Of a stretch of DNA of 64,000 nt, positions 13,970 to 27,545 are shown piece by piece. Every line of letters starts with the position of its first letter. Positions within the stretch are counted from its first letter, which is position 1. The notes beneath the pieces were generated by a model. That model did not search any database. It saw nothing but the letters and a program-made list of their open reading frames with translations, and was not told where the DNA came from. This DNA comes from Botryllus schlosseri (Eukaryota): positions 2,542,001 to 2,606,000 of the forward strand of contig CM119380.1 of NCBI GenBank assembly GCA_051294905.1, read 5' to 3'. The translations under genes were made by a program, and so were the position numbers.

Positions 13970-14999
13970 GTTTAGAGCAATTTGAAAACAGATTGCTGGA
14001 AAACAAAGATTCTGCAAGCGATGCGGTATGCATTATCAATAATGTTCATCCTTTGCTTAACAAGTTTCTTAGGGTATTGCCAAGTGCAGGGGTCTGCAAA
14101 TCCCGGCACAAATGGCACGCGAGATCATTTTTCATGGCATGCCAAATGATTTCACGCAAACGAAATATTGAGACCATGTTTTTGCAAGAAGTGAAAAGGT
14201 CGTAGGCGAGCCTAAAATTCTTTCGTAAATCAACATAAAATTGAGTCTTTTGAGGCAGATTGTTACATCTTGAATTTTTTTTCCGCGCCTTGCGCGGTTT
14301 CTTGGAACCTGATGTCTTGATTATAATGTGTAAACCCCTAATAATTAAATAAAGATATCTATATGGAAAAAAATGTTTTTGAAAAATATGCATAACGTAG
14401 TACAGAAATGAGTCAACGGTATTAGCAGCTATGAAAGAACGTCAACCGAATATTGTATGAATCTTTGGGATGTTTTAGTCTATGAGTGATATTCACTGTG
14501 CAGTCTACGGGAGCGCAAGTTATGAACCGGCATTCTGGCGCTGGTAATTATCACGCTATAGAAGACACGGCCTATGCATAAAGTTTCGGACAGCATGCTA
14601 CCCGCATGCGGTGTATGCGGTGCCAAAATGATTGACAAAATATCCGCCGCATGCTGGGCAAAGCGTTCGACATTTATATACCCACTCTCAAGGCGCCGAA
14701 GTGACCAGCGCCAAATAGTCCAGCGCCCGCATCAAATGAAAACTGCCGAGAAAATTTTGAGCCCATGTCGAAATGCGAATTTGGCATCGTGCTCGTCTTT
14801 CGGAAGGAGATATTCATTTAGTTTCGTATGGTGTACAAGCGATCCCATTGCTTTTCTATCTGTTTCATGTTTTCCGGCGAACAGGCCCTATTCATTAATT
14901 TCGCATTTTTCATATTGTGATTTCGCCCTATTTGTTTATATACGTTGAACTCGCAATCCCGCTCCCGTAAATGGCGGGTATTGTTCCGACTTTATGTGA

Positions 15000-15380
15000 T
15001 GTACTGTCGATGTGACTCAAGTCGATCATGTATTTATATTCTTTATTCGTGATCTCATGGATGAATAAAATACTTCGAATCAAAAAATGTTCAACAAGTA
15101 GTTGATTTTGATGAGGAATATTTGAGACCTTTACTACAGATCTGACAAAATGGTGAACGCGAGACCATTTTTCTTCAAGGCCCACGGCTATGACTTCCAA
15201 GATGTCACAAATGGGTTCTGGACTTGGTGATCGAGCACAGCAAAAAATCCACAAGTGTATGGAAGAAGAGCTAACGACAGTGAGACGGAATAATGGATGT
15301 TTTTCGATCACCTCAGACGAATCAACTTCTACACGAAACAGGCGGCACATGAATTTAAACGCTTTAGGTCGCTGATTTAA
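15000..15380 (+). pseudogene. hAT transposase N-terminal catalytic fragment
   Basis: FSITSDESTSTRNRRHMNLN resembles the hAT FS+T.D.WTS....Y first-Asp motif. Confidence 0.55.
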
Positions 15381-16985
15381 TTCGTATTCACGGGAGCATG
15401 TTTTTGCGTCAATATTACAAGGAATAAATGTTGTTTGTCTAACTTGTATGTGTATTTTACTACCTTGCTAATCCCGGGATTGAGGGGAGGAAATCCCGCT
15501 CCCAGGATTTCGAATTTGATCCTGAATACCCGGTACGAATGTCAGAATTTTATCGCTTTCATAAATCTTACACGCCTGCATGCATACCTTTCTTAGGTTC
15601 CTACATGCATGCATCATTTGGATTAATGTTCTTGATTTGATACCGCGATATATAAGTCCGAGCTAGGTTCTGGTTTCGTATGCCACGGGTGCATATTCAT
15701 TCAGTCTTCATTCACACCCGTATCAGGGGTGGAAATACTTTTTCGCTTAGAGTGCATAACGGTTTTACAAACATGCGATTTCCAAGAAGCGGGCTGCCAA
15801 AACGCCAGTGGCCCAATATGATATCACCGCATGTTGGCCGAAAGCTCCGATATTGATATGTCCAGGCACCGAAATATCCGTTACTTATTAGCAGTGTTGG
15901 GACCAAGTCACTACCTTCGATTCACGTGTCAATCTCGACACGAGTCTAGTCGAGTCACTCAAGGTTTGTAGGTACGAGGCAAAATTTCGCTATGAATTTT
16001 GATAGCTGTTTGAAAGCTGCCATTTCTTTTAATTGGAGGGACGAATGCCACTTCTAATAAGCGGAAAATATATTTCATGTATTTTGCCCATAAAGCTTCA
16101 AAGGTGATCTGCTAAAGCAGGTGTAACGTTCCAAAAAGCCGGATATTTCAGATTAGCAGGACACGTCATGGGCTGCTAGATAACGATAGGATAGGTAATT
16201 GCTAGATTGCGAAACGGTAGTTTCAAACGTTATGGTGGGCCATATTTGCAGCGTCAAAATATTTGATATGGGCGACAATGTGGGTGTGAGCGGAACCATA
16301 AGCGATCCGTTATACCTAAATTATATCTATTCACTGATACTTTCGTGAAAACATATATGTCACTCCATAACTACTGTGCGCGAAGCGCAAAAATTTCTGG
16401 GCTCTACTTGACTTTTAGGAACATTAAATGTTGGTACTCCGTGAAAACAGTCCCGAAATTCCTCAGACTATCTTTTGTATTGGGGATTAAACTACTTCTA
16501 CTTGACAAACTGAAAATAGCGAAAAGTAAGTAAGTAGATCACAAAATATTACGAAGTAGAAGTAGAGAAAATCAGATATACTTGAGTAAGTACCCGAAGT
16601 AGAGGAAAACTACTTGAGTACTTCCAAAAAGTAGAAGTACTTCGTTACTGACCACCTCTGCTAGCCACCTATACATCCGTGAAATACAATTTAGGCCAGA
16701 GCCGATGGTAGACGAGCAATATAAACTTATAAATTATGCTAGAATATATAGGCGAGATCTGTTATTTTTATCGACACTCGTAAATTTTGCTTCAAGTCCT
16801 AAGTCAATCTACATTTCTGAAACGCCGAGTGAAGTCAAGTTAAGTCATACGAAGAAAGTGTCCCGATTCATTCCAACACTGCTAAAAGTGTCCCGAGTCA
16901 TCCCAACACTGCTGAGTAGTCGCAAGCGCAAAAGCCCAAGTCCGGACAAACGGCAACAACCAGGGTTCCTGAGGATTATCCTCCT

Positions 16986-19265
16986 ATCGAGGAACCTGCG
17001 GTATTAGTGGCTGCGCCAAAGGCCATGTCTTCACGAATTCAAGTCGCAAAGCCAAGTCGCATGAGCAAAGGCATAAGTCAGCACAAGCGTACAACAAACA
17101 GGGTTCCAAGGGGTAATCCGCATATCGAGGAACCTGCGGTATCATTATCTGCGCCAAAGTCCAAGTCTTCACGAAGCCAAGTCGCAAGCGCAAAAGCCCA
17201 AGTCCGCACAAGCGGCCTCATTCAAAACACAAAAATCCAAGGTGATTTGAAAATCCAAGGTGACTAGAGTGTTGTTAAAAATTTATGCGGACTTCGTACC
17301 GTCAACATTTGACACCTAAATGGAATATGGCTCGAGCCATCCCAAACACTGCTGAGTAGTCTAGTCAATGGAATCTGAGCCACCGCGCGGTACAAATACG
17401 ACCCGTTGAGGAAAGTAATGCTCCGATTTGGAATGCCAATTGAAAAGCAATATTTCATTTTGTTTGGCGTACACGTGTAATCGATTTCAATATATTTCGT
17501 GTAGCGAGTTCACGTTATTACAATATGCCTCAATGAAGTAATTATTAAAAATGGATCCCTTGAATCTAACGCGCGTAAAACTCCGACGTCGTTTCTGAGA
17601 CATGAACTTGGCTCAAGATGTATAATAATTCACACTAATATCTGGAAGACTTTAATTAGTTCTACTGGTGGCTGTTTAAGTGCGCCGGGAAAGGATCAAA
17701 ATACATGCAAGAAATACAATATTGATTCCTTAAGTCAAAAACATAACTTGCGACGCGCTTTTTTGTGTTGATGTTGCAAGGGACCTGAAGTTTTAGAACC
17801 ACTGGTAACTGGTATAGAGCAATCGAAGCGGAAGCATAGGGTTCATCATTTCCAAAACAAGGTACATTACAGATGATCGACAGAACATCGCATGCGGTTA
17901 CTGCCTGGTCATCGAGATATCACTATGAGCGAGATATACTTTGATTGTAGGATTTCGAATACAATGCAACAGGACTCACAAATGGTGTATAAAAGATAGG
18001 ATCTCGAGAGTATCGATTCAGCCTCATAGCTAGGCACAACCCAACTCACTAGGAAATCGAGGACCGCGGTGACTAATTTGAAGAGACTGCACTACCTTAC
18101 GGCAATGCTTCAGATTTACCTAAATTACCAGGAATGCTGTTTTCCATGGAAATTTCCGATCAATATTGAAACAATGGTTTCTGAATCTATATCACTGGGC
18201 AACAATTTTGAACGAAAAAATTGTTGACTTTGATTTTGCACTATATTTAGGCTAATTTTGGTATGCTGATTCCACAAATGACGCTGGTTTTCTTCTATAA
18301 CGTCATGTTTTTGCTCAGCGACAGCAGCCCAAAATATGCAGACCATGACGAATTTAGCCACATCACTTTTCATAACTATATAGAAATCCACACTTTTATC
18401 ATAAAACAAGTCATAGCTAAGGGGTCAATTGAATTATTTGGGTACAAAATGTACCGGTATCGATCTAGGCCGATCCTTCTCCTATTTTTGGTTAGAGAAT
18501 GCAATCATCCGAGGTTATTTCAGACACATATTTGATGTAAACTGCAGGATATGGCAAGATAAATAAAGATTACATTTCCTGACAGCTATAGGAACACTGC
18601 CCCATTCCGCTTATGCAGTGGAACTTGAGAAACTCCTATAAGCTCATTAATTTGGATTGAGATGAAGATCTTAGATATGGTAGGCCTAATGAAGATTTTG
18701 AATTCGAATTCAGAACGTTGAGTAGTCCATCAATACATGTTAAATGATCTGCAATAGGCTTTGAGACTTGGAAGAGAAGTATTCGGAATTTTTACCATCC
18801 TCGCGAATTGAGAAAGTATTACTTGGGAAGAGAGCGAAGATATCTCACTTTCGAACATGAGAAACGGCGTTTTTCATCGTAGTGCTACTTTCGGTAGATT
18901 GGTGTATTGACGTGAAAATGGCATTGGCATGATACTACCATGGGTTGGTGGAGGAGATAGGAATCCCGATTTACAACTCAAGTGAATGCAAATGTCTGTT
19001 GCGAAAGCCTGAAGAAACGTTGTAAAAAAATTGAGAAAATGCGTACAAAAATTAAATTACTTTTTCTCAATATATTTCTACATGGTGATAATAACTGCCG
19101 CACCCCAAAACAGGAATGTCTGACATCACACTCTCACATAGGCTGCTGAACTCTACTGTACAAGTGGGGCATCAATTCCTGGGGTAGATCTACAATTCGA
19201 TCATTCTGCACGAGCTTGTGAAGGCTACCGAAAGTACTATGGTCAACTTCTACTGGATGAAACTG
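16986..19265 (+). repeat. Copy 1 of a ~2.3-kb composite duplication (copy 2 at ~43139-45496)
   Basis: Near-identical over the whole length by eye, with only scattered substitutions and small indels. The ORF track shows matching peptides (17007 vs 43180, 17264 vs 43419, 18263 vs 44420). Confidence 0.95.
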
Positions 19266-19566
19266 GTATGTTACTATAATATTGAGATGAATCAAGCAAA
19301 AACTCTAAATTCAACGATTTTCTGTACAGATGAGGGAGAATTGGAAAATTATTGCAATAAATGCAAGAGTAGAACACGAAATCCAATGATCACGGATTGG
19401 GTATGTAATTGCAAAGTTGATTTGTCCAGTATGATGATCCAAGTCTTTTATATAGGTTGCATGTGACAGTTGTGATCGGCGGACATGCAAAGATTGTTGT
19501 TACCCAGGGCAATTAAAAGAGCTGCAACCTGATCATTTTTATTGTGTTTGTTGCACTGTAAATTAA
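18890..19566 (+). pseudogene. Spliced Ulp1-like protease C-terminus plus PHD finger, probably transposon-borne
   Basis: GTATGT...AG introns at 19266-19329 and 19401-19455 join exons in frame to give AAELYC...LQFDHSARACEGYRKYYGQLLLDETDEGELENYCNKCKSR...DWVACDSCDRRTCKDCC...FYCVCC*. Upstream WCIDVKMALA*YYHGL resembles the Ulp1 HW.L..ID.....YYD.L motif. Confidence 0.6.
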
Positions 19567-20490
19567 TTTGAATATAGATACTTCAATTGTCATTCATTTC
19601 CTTGTATTTTGCAATGTTGCAGTCTCAGGTGAGATTTCTACGAGTGAGGCAGCGCAGGGACTAGCCATCGGCAAGTTCAAGTTTATTGATAAATTTTCAT
19701 CCTTTCAAGAGAGAGAGAGGGAGAGTCTTTATTTTCATCCAACCAAAATACATAACACACGGCAGTGATGGTGGTACAGAAAATATGCTTGCACAGTATT
19801 CGGTATTAGATAGGAATGATCGATATAAGACCGTGAAGGTCATAGTCTGATCACACCAGCATCAAACAGGTAATTGACTCTAAACAGTCTGGAAGACATC
19901 ACAAGACTACAATAGAATGAAAGTAAGGAAGATGCCAAAACGACTTGGAGTATGGTCTGAGATCAGACATCACGCGGGCCTATAAAGGCTATGTAAGGAG
20001 GAGGTATATGCACTGCGAAGAGTAAAAGAATGATAATATAAAAGGACAGGTGATGAAAAAAAATTGGATCGATATGTGAGGTCGTGGTCCGGTAATCTTG
20101 ATTTGACTATGGTATTGATTCAGTAGAAATTGTATGTATTTTGACTGGAATATGCTTGATAACTATCGGAGCTATTATGCGCAGCATGATGCAGTTTTTT
20201 ATATGCCGAGAAAATATATCTTCCACCCCCAAAACCCTCTCACTTTATAGGAGGGTTTTGGGAGGTGGAATATGTATTTCTGGAGGTAGGAAAATGTATT
20301 ATACCTTCTTGACAGGTGTATGGCATACTCTACCTCTCGTAAAAGGAAGGATTATAGTTTCTTCCTCGATTTTAGCCAAAAACCCACCTTTATTTTTTAC
20401 AGTGTGGTAGCTCATATAAAGTATCCCAAGTGTGACATTCTCCCAGCTAGCAACGTCTTGGTACAATAACAATTGCACACTCGGTCAGTA

Positions 20491-21375
20491 TTTTCACCCA
20501 GCCTCTAACGGGGAAGCGGAGCGTTTCGTCCAGACTTTAAAAGCTGGATTGATAAAAAATTGCGACGGGGGAAAAGATCTCAACTTCGCGCTCCAAACAC
20601 TTCTCGCTACGTACCGATGTGCACCGCACCCGGGCATAGACTGGAAAACGCCTGCCGAGATTTTACATGGTCGACAGCCGCGCAATTTGTTAAGTTTGTG
20701 CTCGCCCTTCGACAAATCGAAACCCGTTACGCCTAGACAATCAGTCACTCATTTCGAGATTGGTTCCTCGGTTTACGCTCGCAGTTACCGAAGCGGACCA
20801 AAGTGGGTTGCTGGCGTGGTGACGGAAATACTGGGGCGTGTTGTGTACATTGTAAAAACAGATCATGGGTATTGGAGGAGGCATAAGAACCAACTCCAAC
20901 CACGCTTGATTTCAGCTGGCCATAATAATACAGCCACACAGGAAATTGCTCAGCCTACGCAGTCGCAAGCTGAGCAACCATTGGTTAGGAACAGGGCACA
21001 AGGTCCTGCAGCTAGTCCTGTCCGTACGTCGGGTAGACGTTATCCTCTAAGGAACAGGAAACCCCCGGATTTCTATAGACCTACGTAAATGTGGGCATCC
21101 CTTAACTTACAGGGGAGGACTGTTATGTTCGCGCATTTACGTTCAGTGTTGTTCATCTCCTAATTTCTTTAGGACTAGTAATTACCGCCAATCATTATTT
21201 CCTCGTGTGTCGTGCTTGTATTTATACCCTGTGTTCTGTTGTCTCGTGGTCTTTTCATTTAACTGCACTCTGGATCGTGTCGCTGTCTTAAAGTTATATT
21301 GCTGATAATATACTGATTTTGTATTGCAACCTCGTCGCATTGAGTTATTGTTCAAACAAGATCAAGAACATAACA
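20491..21375 (+). mobile_element. 5'-truncated Mag-like Gypsy copy (integrase C-terminus, PPT, LTR 21121-21375)
   Basis: ORF from FHPASNGEAERFVQTLKAG nearly identical to the end of pol 31560-34481. PPT AGGGGAGGAC. LTR TGTTATG...CATAACA. Confidence 0.93.
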
Positions 21376-21436
21376 ATCACCCCTTTCGTTGTTTTCGCCC
21401 CCTATTAATCAGCAATCGTGTAATCAGGGATTCACG

Positions 21437-23294
21437 CAGTGGCGGCTCGTCCTATAGGGCAACTGGGGCATTGCCCCACCTAAAATTCTGTTCAATAACA
21501 ATTTAACCATTTATAGACGCACAGCGCTCAATATATACCGAGATCACAGCGAAACCCGCGTTCTTCTTGTGCTTTCGCTTGCAAATGCCCATTGCCCATG
21601 CATAGCGAAGTATCTGCGAAAATCGAATTCTCTTCTGTGTTTTCGCTTTGTGAATGCCTAGTCGGGGCTTGCCCCGGTAGCGCTCATAACAAGCTTTCAC
21701 TACCTATTCTCTCAAAGCCGCGCACAATAAAGAAACGGTGATTTACTCTCTCCTATTCGTAAAATGGCCGAGCAACCGGGGCGAATATGCCTAGTTGCCC
21801 TTAAGGTGTGATGTAACAATCGCATCTATATCTGAACTCGGTTACCGTAACATGCGTTGAGTCGACCTTTGCTGGTATAGGTCGATTTTGACGGTGTTTC
21901 GCACCATGATAATTCTTGAAACTTGGTATGATATGTCGTGAAGGTTGTATTTAACACTGCTCCAAGTTTCAGGCTTGCTATACTTAAAGATAAGGGTACT
22001 AATTTCGTTTCCGAAGTATAGTGTGTGCTGATCTATCATGTACAATTGTACATTGTACAGCAAACAGATTTTACTCAAAAGTCGGTATTTGGTCTCCATT
22101 GATTTTGACGATGTTGCATACCGAGATCGGTCATGACATTTGGCAGTTTGGCACACTAAGTCTTAATGGTAGTATCGACCGCTGTAACAAACAAGTTTTA
22201 AGTTTGTTACTGAACTATGTTGGTGGTAATTTCGTTTCCGAAGTCGAGTGAGAGCTGACTCTTCATTTATCGCTAACAGATTTACGCAAAAGCCGTTCGG
22301 TGTTCGTATGTTTGTATTGATTTTGACAGTGTACCATGCCGGAATGGGTTATGTATGAGACTGCGTAGGCCTATGCTACTTCTTGATGATTTCTTGTAAC
22401 AGTATACTAAGTTTGCGGCTTTCATTCATGTATTTATTGATTAATATATTTTCCAACGACGATTTCGCAGCAGACTTATAGACAGTAAGCCGTATGTGTT
22501 GTGTCACAGTCTCCAGTTTCAAGGCCAAAATTTCCTATGTTGTTCCGAGACCGAAGTTCCGAGGCTGCTGTCCTTAGTTCTTCAAAGACCATTCAAATTG
22601 ATCATCTGGATCCAATATGACAGGCCCAATCTATGAGATAACAATTGCGTATGTGTCCGAACTCGTTGACCTTTCCAGTTAGGCTTACTCAATCTGTCGA
22701 GTTCTAGTCATTGGAATTAGTCAAGTGCGAACATGAATCGTATTGAATCTTTGCTCCGTACGTAGTTTACGCAGTTGCCTTTTGAGCGAAAATTAGAGGT
22801 CTAAGTTGTCCAGTCCATTGATCCAATCGTACGCCGGGTGCCTCCGCTTTGGTTGCCTATCACCTGGTCGTAACCACCAGCTCAGTGGTCGTAACACACC
22901 AGGACCGTGTACGAAACACTCTTGGACGGGCTTAGAAAAATTAGGGCCTATCGATTTGCAAAATCTCTAACTCTACCATGAAATCATAACGCATGCTACT
23001 AAGGATGGCCTGATAATTGATTCGTGGCACAGGAACGATTCTTAGTTCACGTACATTTTGTAAAATAATCCTTTGATTTAAAAAAAAAATGAATAAAACA
23101 TTTTTTACCACACTTCAAGTCACGGCTCACAGGCAAACCTCTCGCGGCACCTACGTTAAAATCACTGTTGTTGGGAAATTCATGTGACCATAAAGTTACT
23201 GTTTTACATTGGAAAACGCCATTGTGACGTCATGTTGATAAAAGTCGCTCGCACCCCTTGCCCCACCACCCGATATTGTCACGAGCCGCCACTG
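21437..23294 (+). mobile_element. Internally deleted hAT (Tip100/ZMYM-like)
   Basis: Perfect 14-bp TIR CAGTGGCGGCTCGT. TSD GATTCACG at 21429-21436 and 23295-23302. Residual MNRIESLLRT*FTQLPFERKLEV near 22734-22800. Confidence 0.88.
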
Positions 23295-25012
23295 GATTCA
23301 CGGGATGGTACGCTACACTCCAAACTGTCTAATTGCTTGGCTGTGGGTGGAAGCTCGGATTCGGAGCCATTTACGAAAATTCGCTGTATTATGAGCGTAT
23401 AAGGTTTTTGCAAGGCCATGTGCCGCGGGTGGACTACAGCTTTTAGTTGTTCCTGGTATACAACGGATTGAACTCGCGATTATAAATATCGAAACAACGA
23501 ATAGCACGTTGACTTCTGACAATGAAAAATATGTTGCTATAATTACAATTACCAACTACAATTATATTGTACTTACATACATGATTTCGCAACGCTGCAT
23601 GTGGCGGTGACGTATCATCCAATACAACAACGGGCGAAACGCAAGACTTTCTGTCTGAGACCATATGGTCTGCCTACGGATATGCAAGAATTGACTAATG
23701 AGGTAACAATGGAGCGCTTGAAGACGCTTTCCTGCGAGTGTCTGTCCTGGCCAGGATATGGCGCGTCTGGGCTAGCCGAAACCGGACTGAAATGCAAGAA
23801 TATCACACCAGAGTCGGAACTCCTAACCGATGAAGTGTGCAGGTCGCTCTGGTTGATAAACCCGAACAAATCAGTGACCTTCTCGTGCCTTTCTGGAACG
23901 ATGCGCGAAATGCTAACAGAAAGCCAGACATGTCCGAAGACAAATTACGTTCGAGAAAAATCAGAGAGCTGAACAATTGCCCGATTGTCTCGAAGTTTTG
24001 CCGAATTTCGCCGGCATTTTTAGAAAGTCTTGGAGTCGAAACAAATGATCAACAATGACTTTTATTCGAATGAGCTTATCAATTGGCATATTCTGAAAGC
24101 TGCATAAAGATCGGAAGAAATGAAAAAAGAAATCGGCCATGATGATTGCATAATGTTTTTTGACGATGACGGCGATTGCATGCGATCCTTCAGCAGTGCA
24201 GAAGATTCACGATGAAAAGATCAATAATTTTAAACATTTCCATACCATTTCTCTCGACTCGTACATATATGTTTTGTGTCAGAACTATTTCAAAAGTGAA
24301 AGTTCAAATTGGGAAAGGATGAACGATATGATCTCTAAACAGCAATATGTTTGCATCGGCAGGTTATTTGTAATTTGAAAATTAAAATGACTTTGCACAG
24401 TCGGATCGGGCCCTACGATATTTACGGCCTTATCTGGTACAATACACTTGCAAGAGCTAACAGGCGATGCTCACAAAACAGAAATTCGCTATTACTCCTG
24501 CCGTAATAATGGGCGAAAGTTTTGATAGGACGATTACTCTCAACGTGACAATCGGCGATTGTCTCGATTTCGCTTCTCATACCGGACTCTTCGCATTTTG
24601 AAGCGAGTTTTCGAGTTGAAGGTTGACAAATATGTTTTAAGCTGCCGTTTTTACCGTCTTATGCTATTAGGCAGGCTACAGTAATGCGATTGAAATACTC
24701 TGTAGCAGACCCCTCAAGTTTGAGTTGAAGTTTTTGCGCTCGTCGCCGCGTCTGAAATGTTACAGGATGATGCCGTGATTAGCTAAATGCTCCAGGGACG
24801 ATATTCCGTATATAGTCTAGTGGAAAACGTTTAGCTGTCGTTTTGACCGGCTTACAGCGTGATGTAGGATACCGCTATGCAGTGGTTTGTGGTGCGTATT
24901 ATGTATATGGTGAAGAATTGGTGGCGAGCTTCATGTGGCCTTTCTTCCAGTTAATTTGACTGATTGTATATACTTGGTGACTCAGGTTTAGCTCAAGGTA
25001 AAATAATTGATA

Positions 25013-26230
25013 ATGGTCAATAAATGCTGTGCGTATGGTTGTATGGCTGGATATTTGACAACTAAACAAAAAGTTTCAATTTCCATTTGAGGATTTGGAG
25101 TTACAAAAAATTGATATCTTGCGTGAATGGACGTGATTGGAAGCCAACGAAGAATTTTGTAATTTGTGCGTTGCACTTCGAAGCAAAGCACAATAAAGAA
25201 TGTGGCTTTCGAAAAAAAGCTGCTCTTGGATAGAGAACCAGTTCCTACCATCCGACCGGAGCATGAGCTGCAACGGCCTTCATTGATCCCGACTATGGCC
25301 ACTTGCATAAACACTGAAGAGAAGGGTATTTCAGAATGATCAGTTGAAAGATTTTGAGCTGTCTGATAAAATGAGCAGTTTATAAGACTTGACCGAGTCC
25401 CACACTCCAGAAAGCTATACCATGTACAAAAGAGGGTAATCAATATGTAATTTTCTACCGTATGGAATTCAATGATGACTAGGTGTTGCGTGGCGCACCA
25501 TCCAACATCCCGAAATATCTCGAAAATGTATGAGCACAATATACTGGAAGAACTTTTCGAGCCGTGAAATTTGTCTTTCTTCCATTCTCATTCGCCGTTG
25601 ATTCTTCAGGTGTATCATCATCCAGCGGATTTATTGCATGGAGCGATCTGCACAAAATCGGGGAATCTCATGATAATGATTCGAATTTGCGGAAAGCGCC
25701 AAAAGTAATATATGCCTCGTTACATCCAAGCAATAACAAGCAGAATGTCAACTTATCTCTTGCTCCATTCTATGAGTCGACTATATAGCAGCTTGCAAAA
25801 GTTACTTGCCTCTCACGGAAGATATGGCTTCATTCTTGAACCTGAGTAATGCGAAGATATGGCTTCATTCTTGAACCTGAGTAATGCTTGGTAGACGATT
25901 CTCACGGTATAGGCAAATGTGTGTGGGGGGGGGGAGGTTTCTGGTTAGTTCAATAGAAGTTACTAATTCTGAAAAGATAATACTGCTCTGTTCCATCCTA
26001 AAAATTGACATCAAGCTCAGCTCATTTTTACCATTCCAAAAAAGTCATTGAAGAAGTGGCTATTGAAATTACCGAATCATTTCTATCTCCTTACAGTGAG
26101 AAGGTGTCCTGTGTAATTCCTGGGTAAATTGGAAAGCAACTTCACGCAATTTCGACTTAATCGATCATGGGGGACTCCTTACTCCCTCAGAACCACTTGC
26201 CGAGTTAGTTTCATCCAGTTTTTTAATCCT
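25013..26230 (+). pseudogene. P-element/THAP9-type transposase relic
   Basis: Read on + (not in the ORF track): MVNKCCAYGC...RDWKPTKNFVICALHFE...EPVPTI, a THAP C2CH domain. Later LRKAPKVIYASLHPSNNKQNVNLSLAPFYESTI, the conserved P-transposase motif. Many stops and frameshifts. Confidence 0.8.
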
Positions 26231-27229
26231 AGATTGTTCTGATAAAATAATCTGCCCTCACCCTAAGTCGCAGTGAATAAGTTTTGCGTTTTTTATTATT
26301 ATTATTATTATTTTTTTGGGGGGGGGGGGCTTTGTATGTTGTGATCATCGATATCAAGCTTTGAAATTGGCGACAAAATCATTGTGATTATATATTACAA
26401 TGATTATATATTACAATAACAAGTAGAAGCTAGTTAATGCCTCTGTGATACAAATGCTTTAAAATCGGACTTTAAAACTACAGTTGAGCAAGACATAGCT
26501 TGCATTCTTCGGTGATGCATTTCATTCTCATTACCGGTACTTATGGCCGTAGCTTGTATGCTGCGAGTTTGTTTTTGATACAAGTTGGTTATTGCGTGTT
26601 TTTGATACAAGTTGGTTATTGCAAGTAGTTTCTATTATGACATGTGTACCAATTCTTCTTCGAGTGCTTGAATTGATTTTACCATGCAATAAAATGGTTT
26701 ACATGAGCATGTCGGTGTTGTCTCACTACTTAGCCTACTTCTGCAATTGGTGTATAACCGGGCCTGAGAGGTCAACTCTTGTCACTTTCTGACGGTACGG
26801 TACTAATTTGACCTGTTGTACGAATACACACAGCTTATCTGAGGCGAGGTGTCTGGTAGCGAGAAGCGAAATCGCGCATAATCGCGAACTTCTGTTTTGT
26901 GAGCATCGTCCTGTTAGCTCTTGCAAGCGTAATGTACCAGATAAGGCCGTGAATATCGTACGCCCCGGTCGGATATTTCGTCTCGGACGACCATTTTAAT
27001 GAAGCGAGTCCTGAAGTTTTAGCAATCATGAAGCGGAACTGTCTCATGCTTTTACCAATTACAAAAAATTGAAATCGGGTCATCAATCACTTTACAAATT
27101 TAGAGGTTTCGCAGACCCCTTCAAGATGCTTCGAGGACCCCAGGTTGAGAACCACTGATCTAAGCCCATCGCAAACTACCTCAAATATAATGGACTAGTT
27201 TATTTCAAATATCATGGACTAGTTTATTT

Positions 27230-27545
27230 CAGGTATCAGCATATACGGACGGCCGTCGCGGAAGGCGATGCGCTGCAAAGGTACCTCACTGATAACGGGA
27301 TCGTATGGAAATATATCACAAAGCGAGCTCCTCATCGTGGCGCATTCTACGAACGGATGAATAGGTCGATAAAGGAGCCTATACGAAAAGTTCTCGGCAA
27401 GGCCAAATTGACATTATTTGAGCTGTATACTGTGTTAACGGACGTTGAATCATGTCACATTAGATATCTGTCGACTCATCTGGGATCCGACCCGAGGAAC
27501 GAACACGCGATTACACCCACACATCTCGCTCTCGGCAGAGGCTGG
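27230..27545 (+). pseudogene. BEL/Pao integrase fragment
   Basis: GIVWKYITKRAPHRGAFYERMNRSIKEPIRKVLGKAKLTLFELYTVLTDVES...ITPTHLALGR matches the BEL/Pao integrase W.F....APW.GG.+ER...S+K and TP.H..+G motifs. Confidence 0.85.

Noticed and set aside
23400-24400. Possible viral or transposase relic (ORFs 23601, 23837)
   Set aside because: It looks coding-like, but I could not tie any motif to a family.
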